Shown: in pieces, positions 1 to 12,181 of the stretch
Layout: each line of letters opens with the position of its first letter
How positions within the stretch are numbered: position 1 is the first letter of the stretch
Origin: Podarcis cretensis
Lineage: Eukaryota
Direction of reading: 5' to 3'
Assembly: GCA_951804945.1 (NCBI GenBank)
Contig: OX638151.1
Location: 79,484,001 to 79,548,000, forward strand
Length of the DNA: 64,000 nucleotides
Notes under the pieces: generated by a model
Seen by the model: only the letters and a program-made list of their open reading frames with translations
What the model was told of the DNA's origin: nothing
Databases searched by the model: none
Program-made: the position numbers and the translations under genes

Positions 1-1169
1 AGCTCTCTTCCAGTACACTGCAGTATGAGAGAAACAACAGTAATGATAGCACATACTGTTTCAGTACAGTCTGTCATATACTGTAAAGCCTATCATTGTA
101 TTTGCTTGCCAACATATATTATTCAGATAGGCAATTGGGAACTTTAGGGTGGACAGGAAGAATATAGTTTCTAAACAGATGACGTTATTGATTGGTTCAA
201 CCTAAGTATTTCATGTTATCTAAAGATCCCTCTGGCAGGCCAGGTGAAGGATGACAGCAAAGGACCTTTCATTTTTGTTATTTTAGGTGAACGTAACAGA
301 GGACAGGGAATTGTCCACAGGGTATCCTGAGGATTACTGATTTGCACAACCAGGAAGTCTAAACAACTGTCTGTAGATAAGATCTTGTTTCAGACAACAG
401 CGTTATTATCTAAGCTGAAACAGATGTGTCCACAGGTATAATAAAAGTTTGATAAAATGCATTCTTATTGATCTGAAAAAACCATTACAGTCATTTTTAC
501 ACATTCCTCACAGAGACATTTGCCTGAGACTTATGTTATCTTTTCCTCTAATAATAAAAAATCTGCTCTCCAGAATCCAATTCAGTATGAAGATATGATA
601 ATTCTTTTACATTTTAAGAGTTTTTATTCCCTATTCATATTGACTCACTTCATTAGAGTTGGGGCCCTGAATACAAATTAACTTTCTCTGCTACACTCTC
701 TGGAACTCCATACAAAGATTGTTGTAGAGAGCTTGGCAAAAACCTTCATGTGATGAGCCCTGGCTTTCTTCAGGAGCAACTATGTGGGTAATGCAGTCTG
801 TGAACTGAAACATCTACAGAGAAAGACATACTTTTTAAACAGAGATTTCCATGATTGTGGCGTTAAATGTTTCAGCCGCCATGATCATGGGAATCACTTC
901 TAGGTGACGATGGTTGTATCTGAGGAGAACCTTACAGATTACATTTGTCGTGTAAGTACAGTTCCAGAGAGTTGTACGGTATAACAATGTTACATATTTA
1001 AACCAAAAACACCAGTATTGGGATTTTTGGCAAAACCTGGTTCCTTAGAATGAGCTTATGTGCATCAATAACAATGCAGGCATGCTTTGGGTACAACCCC
1101 CATCACTCCTGGCTATTGGCCATGCTGGAAGTTGTAGTCTGCAACATTTGGAGAGTACCATGTTGGCTA

Positions 1170-1538
1170 AAGGTAAAGGTAAAGGTACCCCTGCCCGTAC
1201 GGGCCAGTCATGACTGACTCTGGGGTTGCGTGCTCATCTTGCTTAAGAGGCCGGGAGCCAGCGCTGTCCGCAGACACTTCCGGGTCATGTGGCCAGCGTG
1301 ACGAAGCTGCTCTGGCGAGCCAGCACCAGCGCAGCACATGGAAACGCCGTTTACCTTCCCACTATAAAGCGGTACCTATTTATCTACTTGCACTTAGGGG
1401 TGCTTTCGAACTGCTAGGTGGGCAGGTGCTGGGACCAAATGACGGGAGCTCACCCCACTGCAGGGATTTGAACCACCGACCATACGATCGGAAAGTCCTA
1501 GGCACTGAGGTTTTACCCACAGCGCCACCTGCGTCCCT
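1170..1538 (-). mobile_element. Sauria SINE (POM/Squam1-type), full length
   Basis: (AAAGGT)n tail at left, tRNA-like head at right. 14-bp TSD TACCATGTTGGCTA at 1156-1169 and 1539-1552. Inserted into an older palindromic MITE. Confidence 0.93.
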
Positions 1539-1677
1539 TACCATGTTGGCTACCCATCGCTTAATGTGATGTACTGCCACCTCTGTTCCCTGTACAGATG
1601 TTTGTGCCCTTAACTGTCAGAGATAGTTCAGAAAAGGTCAGCACTCAAATACAGAGACGAGCAGGAAGTTTAATTGA

Positions 1678-2236
1678 ACTACTTCAATTCACCCTACGTG
1701 GGGCTACCTTTGAAGGTGACTGGGAAACTACAACTAATCGAGAATGCGGCAGCAAGACTGGTGACTGGGAGTGGTCACCGAGATCATATAATACTGATCC
1801 TGAAAGACCTACATGGGCTCCCAGTACATTTCCGAGCACAATTCAAAGTGTTGGTGCTGACCTTTAAAGCCCTAAACAGCCTCGGCTCAGTATACCTGAA
1901 GGAGCGTCTCCACCCCCATAATTCACTGAGGATCCAGCTCCGAGGGCTTTCTGGTCGTTCCCTCACTGCGAGAAGCAAAGATACAGGGAACCAGACAGAG
2001 GGCCTTCTCGGTAGTGGCGCCCACCCTGTGGAATGCCCTCCCATCAGATGTCAAAGAAATAAACAACTATCTGACTTTTAGAAGACATCTGAAGGCAGCC
2101 CTGTTTAGGGACGCTTTTAATATTTGATGAATTATTGTATTTTAATATTTTGCTGGAAGCCTCCCAGAGTGGCTGGGATAACCCAGCCAGATGGGTGGGG
2201 TAGATATAATAAAATTGTTGTTGTTGTTGTTATTTC
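1678..2236 (+). mobile_element. L2-clade LINE, 5'-truncated 3' end
   Basis: Encodes YVGLPLK...LQLIENAAARLVTG...LKDLHGLPVHFRAQFKVLVLTFKALN, typical of the L2 ORF2 C-terminus. (TTG)n tail. Possible TSD TTTAATTGA/TTTATTTGA. Confidence 0.85.
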
Positions 2237-2871
2237 TTTATTTGAGAAAACAGCAAACAATGCAGAGAAGCATCAAGGCAGGATCAGCATCCTTAGCCTA
2301 GTTGCCAGGACTGATGGTTCTGGCTTCCCACTTCCCCCTAAGAGCCCATCTTCCTCTGGAGGTTGCTCACGTGGATGTAAACTATGTGGCAGGGAACTCT
2401 TGCTCATTGTTCACCCACATGCATAGCTCTTCATGTCCTTGGAGATAAGACCGGAGTGGGGCCTAACACAGCAGGAAAGGCAAGCTCCTGGAAGCTTCAC
2501 CCACTGAGTCTGAACTGCTTTCTGCCCTTGGCTCTTCCCTCTCACTCACTCATGCCTGTTGCTTCTTCAACAACCAACCATTCCTTCCTTCTTCATCTTC
2601 TGACCCATCCCCAGTCACCGGGCTCTGAACCTTCCTCCTCTGAGGCTTCCCCAGGGGGTTCGCCGGTTGGTGCCTCCCACCACTCCTTGTCATCCAGCCA
2701 GTCCCTGACATTAACAGCCACACCATGCTGAAAAAACCCCCAAGAGATGCCACTTCTTTCTCATTTCTGGCTAAGGAAGTCCACCTCTGTGAAATTTCTC
2801 AGGGCCATGTTAAAGAGATACTGAAGTTCCTGTCAGGATGAGAGGTGATAACACTAAAGCACTGGATGATA

Positions 2872-2981
2872 CAGATAGGTAGCCGTGTTGGTCTGCCATA
2901 GTCAAAACAAAAAAAATTCCTTCCAGTAGCACCTTACTTAGTTGGTCTTTAAGGTGCTACTGGAAGGAATTTTTTTTGTTT
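2872..2981. mobile_element. Penelope-like element remnant with perfect 32-bp inverted repeat
   Basis: Starts with gtagccgtgttggtctg and carries gcacctta/taaggtgc motifs of reptile PLE pseudo-LTRs. Arms at 2905-2936 and 2950-2981. 13-bp TSD GCACTGGATGATA at 2859-2871 and 2982-2994. Confidence 0.8.
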
Positions 2982-4624
2982 GCACTGGATGATAATCTGG
3001 TTAAACAAAAAAATCTAGCATCCCAGACGGAGCTTTTATTTCACTTGCCAGCACCTCAAACACAGTAATTTAAAAATGGACAAAACTCACATGCTCAGGT
3101 GCGAGTCACTGAGCGATGACACACCAAGCCAGCGTGACTCATCAACCTATTTTCTTCTGCCTCCTGTATGATTACTTACTCAATACACTCTAGGGCTAGA
3201 AATCATTTATTTTTCCTTTTTATTGAAGATTGCCTCTGACGTGGTAGATATTTACCGTCTCCCACACAGTGTTATTCACAATTCTCAAGGATTGCACACT
3301 TTGCAGGACCACCTGGATTGTGCAAGCGTCATTTTATAATTGCCTCCATTTTGCTGACATTCAAAATCAAAAGAAACAATTTTCCAAAATAAGGACTCAA
3401 CCTTCAGCTCTTGCTTTCCTTTTGGGAAAAAAAACTAGTACAGCAAGGGATGTCACTTTAGCTTTTAAAGAAACATCATTTAATGTTGTTTTATTTGCTG
3501 GACCATTTTCAGTGCTTAGAATGAATTAATTCAGGTTAACAAAGTTCCCCGAATTTGTTCAAAAATCTCTACCTGGACGTATGTACCATCACTGAATGTG
3601 AATTAAGTTCATTTTGAGAGACCTTAGAATAAATTCTAGTTCAAGTTCAAGTTCATTCTCTTATGCTTTTATTATTATTAAATCTCTTGGGGCTTTTAAA
3701 CTTAAATATTCTAATTGTTGGGATAAATAAACAACCCACATTCCACTGTTTATATGTTTTAACACACACACACACCCCTCCCTTAAGTATGTTTTGTATC
3801 TCAGCACAGCAGCTTGTAACATTCTGAATGTTGGGGGGAAATTGCCAGAGAACTGACATGTAAACTGAACATGAACTGAACTAGTTTGCTTTGTAAAGGG
3901 AAGAACATGAAGTGGAGTTGGCTCCTTTTGGGACATGTGGGACTTGAAGCAGTTGCTTTTTAAGATGAAGTTCCCAAGTTATGGCTGCTTTACATAGATA
4001 ACTGGTGAGATTTTGGTTTAGAAACATAGCATTGCAGTTGATTTCTCACATGGCTAACGCATATGAAAATATTTTGGATCTCAGCCTCCTTTTTCTATAA
4101 TGCTGTATGATGTGGTCCCGAAGGGTAAGCAGAAATATCAAATATTCTGTGGAGCCAAAGTGTCATTTATTTGTTTTATTTTTAGAGAGTTGTTAGAGGA
4201 ATTGTGGGGAGGGATTCAACCAAAGGACATGAAATAAGTTTAGGTGTCAACTGTCCATGGTTAAAAAGAATTCCACCTGGTATAATACCCCTTCAGAAGA
4301 TTATAAGTTTCATTCTAACTTTCTGCTAATCACTTCAGCTGGAGGCAAAGTCTATACAGAGCAGGCATGCAATGAAATTATTCAGGGAAACAATTGAGCG
4401 AATTGTTAAAATTCCTCCCTCAGTAATGTTGAATATAGTTCAAAGCAGACTTCACAGAATTGAATAGAAAACAAACTTTGTACATTAGAGCTGCACAGCT
4501 TGAGATATTTGGCCAGCAATGTGGTATAGGGGTTAGAGCATCAGGATTGGTACAAAATCATGTGGTCTGTCAAGCTGGTGAGCATGCATGGCTAGCATGC
4601 TGTGCATTTTTTTTCTTGCAACAA

Positions 4625-4820
4625 GTTTTATTTATTGTGATTATTACATTTCTGTCCCACTTTTCCTCCAAGGTACTCACAGCAGCATACACAGTTCTTT
4701 GTTCTCATAACAATCCCATGAGAGTCAGGGACTGGTCTTCCAGTGAGCTTCATGAGTGAGAGAGAATTCAAACCCTGGTCTCCCAGATCAACACTCTGAA
4801 CTACAACTCTGCAATGGCTT
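4625..4820 (-). mobile_element. Degenerate tRNA-derived SINE fragment
   Basis: Diverged MIR-like body (cataacaatcccatgag...gaattcaaaccctggtctccca) with A/T-rich tail at left. Confidence 0.5.
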
Positions 4821-6037
4821 TACACAAATAGACTTCCCCACCTTAGACATCCATACTAATGAGGGTGTGGAGAAGCCATACATTGTCAGGGACAGGGCAA
4901 AGAGGCACATTCCCATAGCCCCTTTAAACCCATAGCTTCTTTAAGGATGTCTATTTATACCAGTAATGTACAAAAGGAGATAGGCTTCGGTCTAATTATG
5001 TGCATGCTCCTGGAAGTGCTAAAATTAAATTTTAAAGGGGGATGGGAATAGTGCAAGGCAAGGCACTCCATTTTGACCTAATTCATCCTAACTGCAGTCC
5101 TGTATGTCCCCCTAACCTCTCAAGAAGAACATGAGAAGGAGATACATTTCAGTGCCAAGAGGCACTGAATCCATTCCCCATTGGAAAAAAACTGATTTCA
5201 TAATGCACAGTTAATAATCTTGCAGATTAGAAAAAGATGCCACATAGTCTCAAAATTCAAAACATAATACATTTTGTAATCCAAGGATGGTCCATGCTGT
5301 GTTTGGCTTGGAAGATCAAGACCTGTGATTATCATGTTGAGCGATGCTTGTAAAACCGAGACCAATCTCAATGGGCCAGAAGAGCTCTAAAAGGGGGGGG
5401 GGGATATGGAAGAGATAATGCAATACATTTCAAATAAGAAAAACAAAGTAGGTGCAACTAAAAAGAGTGGGAGAGGGCAACAATCAAAGACTTGCTCAAG
5501 ACTGCCATGGAAGTCAGATATAAAGTTGTTGTTTTTTAATGAAAAAAATTAAATGAGTTCATGACATGTTTGAATTCTGATACTTTACACCACTTTTATC
5601 TTCAACAAAATCAGTTTGCATACTGGAAATATGTAGCAATGCAAAACACTCAAACTCCACCACAGCTAGTTTATTTAAATAAAAAAGTCTAAGTTCATCT
5701 GCCAGTGTTTAAGTGGGAAGTGATAGAAAGAAAATATAAAGGGCAAACGACCTCCCTTTTATGAATGAATGCATAAATCAGGAGAATAAATGATCAGGTA
5801 TGGAGCAGAATGCATTCCATAGCCACAGTGCAATGTATCCAGTGGGAGACCATTATTTCTCCTTTTGAATTTTTCAGAACATTAATCCCTTCTTGTTTCA
5901 GTGAAACTGCAAGAATTTTTTCTCTTTCTTTTGCATTTGGTTCTCAGGGCACTGTCATTTCAGCTTCTCTCTGCTTTAACAATTCTTGTTTTCCCACTGA
6001 AATAGTTACAAGGTAGAACAAGGTCACATGGGTCATT

Positions 6038-6128
6038 AAACAAAACAAAACAAAACAAAACAAAACAAAACAAAACAAAACAAAACAAAACAAAACAAAA
6101 CAAAACAAAACAAAACAAAACAAAACAA
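6038..6128 (+). repeat. (AAAAC)n microsatellite, ~18 units
   Basis: Perfect pentanucleotide run; source of the FCFVL pseudo-ORFs. Confidence 0.98.
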
Positions 6129-6544
6129 CTTTTGATAGGCTTGAAAAACCCACACATAAACTGAAAACACTTCTGCTCCTTACATACTTTAGACCTTCAT
6201 ACTTTAAACCAGTGGATTTCAAAATGTGTAACTACAGAGTTCATACCTTCTGAGGGCCAGTCTTGAGAACTTCATGGGCAGAGGCTATATCTCCACTGTA
6301 TGCTGTATCTCACTCTCTGTGCCAGTAGTAATCAGTGAGATACACTCAGTTGCAGAGTAGGTTTTTTGTCTCACCACAAGGAAAACAGACACACCTGAAA
6401 AGTTTAAATTGGATCTTTCATTTAACAACCTCATCCATTGCTGGTTAGAGCAAAAGCAAGGGAAAAACATGAACGAGAAACCAAGCTCACAACTCACTTT
6501 CTTTTCCTAGTGGATTTTTCTTCTCTGTACAATGGGTATGGATC

Positions 6545-6686
6545 ATGGAGTGTTGCTTATTCCAACAGTCTCCACACATTGTTAGACTGCAACTCCCATC
6601 CTCCCACATCATTTACCATGTTGGTTGGGGTCTGCTGAAAACTGTTGTCCAACGACATCTAGAGAGCACCATGTTGGCCACCCCTG
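6545..6686. mobile_element. Abundant squamate palindromic MITE (hAT-like, ~130 bp)
   Basis: Motif gactgcaactcccatc...gtccaacgacatctagag...gttggccacccctg. Related copies near 1080-1560, 13453-14225 (split), 17600-17735, 20084-20210, 25168-25284, 52773-52897 and 59765-59900. Confidence 0.65.
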
Positions 6687-7139
6687 CTGTATGCCTTGTA
6701 ATGGTGAAAGGAAAATGCATTTTGATAAATCATTTGGCACATGGTGAGCAGTAGAAACTGCCCATGCTTCCCTGGTATGGGACAACATTTCATTTGCCAA
6801 GATGTATTTTCCAATCAAACTTTAAGGCATCCTTTGCAGGCTCTTGTACATGCAGTAAGCATGTCTACTGCGTAAATTGCTCTTTGACACTGAGAAGCCC
6901 TCTATTAACAACACTCCCCATGCATCATATTCAAACCTGCCATTTTGGGCAGTTGTTCCATATTGACAAAACCCTTCTCCCATTCAACAGCAAAGCCAAA
7001 GCCACAATCATTCGCACAACTCTTTTGCTGCAGCTTAATGGGCTTTGTACAACAATTGGTATTATCAAAATATTTTTTAAAAGCAGCAGCTTTGAAATAA
7101 AGGTAACGAATAAGATTACGTGTCAAATTGCTTGTAGAA

Positions 7140-7370
7140 ATTACATGTCTGGACAGGGTTTGCCTATTTAGCAGGTGCTAAAAGCAATACAATGAAGTTT
7201 CCTGCTTAATATTAATGGGCAGGGAATTCCAAAGACTAAGTGCTGTCACACAGAAGGATTGATTCCTCGCAAATGCAAAATGGGCATTTTGTGGCACTTG
7301 CAGGAGTGCCAGTTCCACAGACCGAAGCAGCCAAATGGGCACATATGGAGTAAGGTGATCCTTCAAGTTT
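7140..7370 (-). mobile_element. Old L2 LINE 3' fragment
   Basis: Translation MKDHLTPYVP...LRS...LLQVP...F...A..LWNSLP..IK resembles the L2 ORF2 end. Confidence 0.65.
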
Positions 7371-8314
7371 ACTTATTGATTTGTTATCTTCTAATATTGT
7401 ACCCAGAGTGACTTACAGCATAAGGGTAACAGCACTACATAAGATTAAAGTACAAATAACATTCTTAGTGAAATTTGACATGGGGGGGGGGGGGGAGGGA
7501 GAAGTCCTGTCTAAAAATCCTACAATTACCAGAATGTCTACAGTGTTGCTATTAAGTAGAGTTATGTACCAATTAACTTGGCATTTTTATTAATTGCTTC
7601 AGTTACTTTTACAATGAACTTTGAAGGACTTCTTAGCATATTTTAGTAATGAGCCCAAGAGGTGCATCTGAGTCTGCCTTGCCTGCTGCTGATACCGCAG
7701 CTTCAGATTAATTTCTGGTAGAAATCAATTAATGGGGTCAGGCGAAGCCAATAAAGTGCAGAAGTTATTTGATAAATATCCCCAATGTGTTTTGCTGATG
7801 TTCATGAGAATTTGCACCACAGTCATGAGATGCATATTGCATCTCCATCTGATAAGATACAGGTAATGGTATTTTTTCTGATGTTTGGAGGCAGTGTTCG
7901 TCTTTTGGACAAATTTCCCTGATGAAGATACGTGAAATGTACCAAAAGTTATGGTTTAAATAACTTATTGGTATTTCCTCCAGCATTCTTTCTTGCCTGC
8001 AGCAGTGTAGGACCTGCCTTTTCTGTAAGACCAGACCAGAAATAATGGACACCAGCTGAACCAAGAACCCATTGTCATGTTTCAGGTTGACTGTGGCTCC
8101 CACAGATCTACAGATCTGCACTGCTGACAATACACAATTAAAGTGAAAAATGCTGTTTGATTCAGAAGATGCCTGATGATTTACACCTAATGAGAGTGTG
8201 GCCCTCTTGTTGCTGGGGTCATTTCAGCCACCAGATGTCAGCACCTGATATGGAATTTTTAAAAATATTTTTGACCATGTGTAATTCCATGTGTAATGAG
8301 AATACATAATATGA

Positions 8315-8437
8315 TAAGGTTACCAGATGTCCTCGTTTCCTGGGGACAGTCCCCAGATTTATGAATCAGCCCCCATACAAAATCCATTGAAGTTGAAAAG
8401 TGTCCCCGGATTCATTGCAAAAAATCTGGTAACCTTA
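8315..8437. mobile_element. hAT-superfamily MITE (123 bp)
   Basis: 14-bp TIR TAAGGTTACCAGAT/ATCTGGTAACCTTA; perfect 8-bp TSD TAATATGA at 8307-8314 and 8438-8445. Confidence 0.9.
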
Positions 8438-9559
8438 TAATATGAGAGATTGGTGGATAGAACATTTCCCCATTTGATGAGGCCCATGTTCATCCAGGGG
8501 ATTGGAACACTGATTTTTTCTACCTTAACATGTTAGCTGTAGTAAGATGGGCTTAGTAATGACAAATAACCTTTATATCAATGGAGCAAATTAAAAACAT
8601 TTTAATAAACAAAGAACTTATGCGAGTTTCTAGCAATAGCATTGCTAGGTGGGGTCAGGTTTTCAAACCCCACTACTACAGATGTGAACTGCTCATATGA
8701 AGTGTGTATAGTTTTGTGAGCTAATAAGTCAAACATATTTCACTACTCTGGTGGGCCACTGGGAACTAAATATATATCCTGTATTTGCTGCCAGCTGGTT
8801 GGCTATGTGCAGTTTGGCAGGCACATTAAAATAACGGACCACCTCCTTCCTTATGATCCTCCTTGCCCATTTAGAATGTCCTTACAAAGAAGATCTAGAT
8901 TATATGACATTGGCTATTTAAAGAACATTTTTCTGATTTGTTTGCAGGAAGGTTAGATCAAAACATGTGTTACCCCCCATTTCCCAGTGCATTATCGCTT
9001 TCATTTTCATGTAGCTTTCATTATTGCAAAAAAAAAAGGGGGGGAGAGGCTCTTTTGGGGAAGTGGGTTTGTTTCACAGGACCTCTCAATCAAGCATAAT
9101 TACACAACCTGAACTTGCCAGAATATAATTGAACCCCACCTGAAAATAGTGACAGTCTGGAAATGCCCTGTGTAGTCTCATGGTTGGCTGTGGGCTTCTC
9201 AACATGCCCTGCTGCTCCTGCTTCTCTCATCCTCTTACGGTAATTTTGTCTGCTAATAGGAAACAAAGACTTTAATTAAAAGATTTTAATTAAAATCTTC
9301 TTTGGTCCCCCCCCACTACTCCTCTTATTAGTTATTGTTAGCTGCCATGGATTGCCTGTGTAAGGAAAGTGGAATATAAATTTTAAAAGAAGCCTAAGCG
9401 AATAATGTATGTATGACAAATATATTAACATGTGTATTGTCCTAAATATTCTTGGGGAAATAGCTGCATTGAGTATTTCTCCAATATACATTCTTGTGGC
9501 AGATTACACTTGTTTCCTATGTAATGGTGCATGTGATTTCCCTCAACAAGAATGACACA

Positions 9560-9930
9560 CTACAAGAAAACAACACCTTAAAGTGACACCTTAAAGACTA
9601 GTAAATTTATTGTGGCACAAGCTTTTGTGGACTATAGTCTGCTTCATTAGATGCATGAAGTGTTTTCCTCAGTTACAGTAATATATACACTTGGTTTGGG
9701 GTTTTCAGGATTGTGAACATTGAGGTTGGGAGGAATTGAAAAACCACTGTTTACAGTTTTGCTCCAGGCCAACCATATATAAACTTGTAACTAAGGATAC
9801 AGCATCATGCATCTGATGAAGTGGATTGTAATCCACAAAAGTTTATGCAGTAACAAATGTATTAGTCTTTAAGGCACTACAAGACCCTCATGTTGTTTTG
9901 TCTGCAAGAGACTAACACATCTAAGCCTCT
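9560..9930. mobile_element. Penelope-like element: inverted pseudo-LTR pair, each with a decayed minimal hammerhead ribozyme
   Basis: caccttaaagacta...aagcttttgtggac...cttcattagatgcatg (9586-9656) is mirrored by catgcatctgatgaagtgga...tccacaaaagtttatgc...tagtctttaaggc (9806-9876). Confidence 0.82.
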
Positions 9931-11691
9931 GGAAATTATAAGAAGAGAAGTATTGTGTTAAGGTGCAAACTGAACCTACTGCAATCAATATGAATTTGCC
10001 ACATACGGCACTTCAAGAGATTGATTCTGGTCAACTAATAAAGCAAAACCAGAGATTAATGTGAAAAGGGGATCACTTGAACATGCCAGCATTTCATTTG
10101 GTATGTGCTTCAAGCTTCAGGCAAAGACTCAGATCAATGTTTCCTTTATCTAAAATGATTTTTCTCATCCTTAACATTGTCGTATTTCATGCAAAGGCCT
10201 TCTTAATCAATAAAAAGTCCATCTACAAGTTTTAATAAGTGTGGCATAATTGAAGCTCTTAACAATAAAATGTCCAATAGCAGTATAAAAGCTCTCATCA
10301 AAGACACATCTCTAATTACATCATGTTATTTTAGGTATCTTTTTGCGTGAGAAAGAGCTAGGGTGAATGTTGAGGTAATTATATCCTGTAAATAGAATAA
10401 CAAATTATCATCCTTGGTAAGTCCTATAAGCCTGGCTCAAACTCTTCATAGCAGAACAAGAATACCGGGATGCTTGCAATGTGGTATCTTTGCACCAGAA
10501 ATAGGAAGATTTTCTGGCTGGCCTCTGTGAAACAGAGAGTTTGACTCCTTGGATGTTGAATTTAACCAGCATATGGCTACATGGCAATGATGAGCAGCAC
10601 AAGAAACAAAATCGGGCAGAGCCTGAAATGGGAATTTTACCTTCTTACAGTAAGCTTGTTTCTTCACAAACACACATCCCTCTCTATCCTTCATCCAGAA
10701 GCATTATCAGAGCTCACAAACACATTTCAACTGGGCGACTTTTGCTCTGATGGGCCTGAAGTTCCCCATCCCTGCTTCACCCTCTGCTGAGGGGTTGCCA
10801 TGGCAGAAGTGCAAATTAAACGAGAAATGAAGACAATCCCTTCCAAACACCTCATTGTTTAAAACAGGCAAGACATCAATAAAGAAAAGAGAATGTACTG
10901 AAAATAGCACAGACTTTACATGGCTTTGCCTTGCTGTTCATGGCTAACAGTAACCATCTCTGAAGGAGGCAAGGTAGCACAGTTTCATACATATGCTATG
11001 TGAGAACTAATTATTTTTGTTCTTAAAACCTGGCATCTTGGTGAGGATGCCATGGCGGACACAGGTAGTCAAGCACTTCATTTGTGTTGCTATGGATACT
11101 AGCGCTAGGAGAATTGAATGTACAGACTTGGGGTATTGCTAATACACAGATCACTCTCAAGCGCTATAACAAGAGTCAAGTTTCTTCCTTGAACTTCATC
11201 CAGTACGTGAATATCTCAATAAGTTTTGAGAGCTGTAACAGAGTGCAGATTATGTGAGAAAATGAGCATGCTCAGTCTTAAATTCTTTTGTGTGGGATGC
11301 AAGTCAGGCTTTTTGCACCCACGGATACTGCACACATCCTGTACTGCCAGCTGGAATGTATATAGCTCCTCAACACTGATGGGCACTCTGGCCATGATCT
11401 CCAACTGATGTGTGAGGGGCATCAACATGAAGGAGGCCATTTCTACACATGTAGGGTTTCCCCCACAGGGACAGCCCCCCCTGACTGAGTGGGTATATGA
11501 ACATATAGATGGGGAAGGAGTGAAGAATGACTGTCCTCTAGGTCCATCTCTTCCCTCTCTTTATGATCGCCCAAAGCTGGGAACAGATACTGTATATGCA
11601 ACTCCTCCTCCTCCTCCTCCTATGCTGCCTTTCCACAGTTAAAACAATGCTCAAGGTGGCTTCCAATATGAAAAGAGTACCCCCCCCCAAC

Positions 11692-11781
11692 CATAGCTGT
11701 CAACTTTTCCCTTTTCTTGCGAGGAATCCTATTCGGAGTAAGGCAATTTCCCTTTTAAAAAGGGAAACGTTGACAGCTATG
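11692..11781. mobile_element. hAT-superfamily MITE (90 bp)
   Basis: 13-bp TIR CATAGCTGTCAAC/GTTGACAGCTATG; 8-bp TSD CCCCCAAC/CCCCAAAC. Confidence 0.85.
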
Positions 11782-12094
11782 CCCCAAACCCCAGTCCTTG
11801 CTGGGCAGCAGCAGCAGTTCTTCTGAAGCCTGTCAAGCCCCACCCTAAGCCAGGTGGAGAGAGGCAGGAACGGGGCCATTTTAAGAGTTCCTGTTCACGT
11901 GGGGCTCACATCTACACAAATGATACAAATGGAGACATTGTCTACAGCTTAGGGAATGTAGGGTGGCCAGATACAACAGAAGACAGGGCTCCAGCACCTT
12001 TAATAGCTGTAGAAAGCAGTTTGTCATCTGCTGAGATCTCCTCTTCTGCACAGCTGTTACAGGTATAGAAGCCCCATGTTTTTCCTTCAGCTTG

Positions 12095-12181
12095 CCTGAA
12101 GCAAAGTTCTTAACCCAAGGTACTATGTCTGTAACCTGAAGCATCTGTAACCTGAAGCGTCTGTAACCTGAGGTACCACTG
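12095..12181. mobile_element. Tigger/pogo-like MITE, one end only
   Basis: Ends gtaacctgaggtaccactg-TA like the full copies at 41024, 42692 and 51367. Abuts an older element starting tagggtggccag at ~11958. Confidence 0.75.

Noticed and set aside
5944-6222. ORFs with FCFVL repeats
   Set aside because: Translation of the (AAAAC)n microsatellite.
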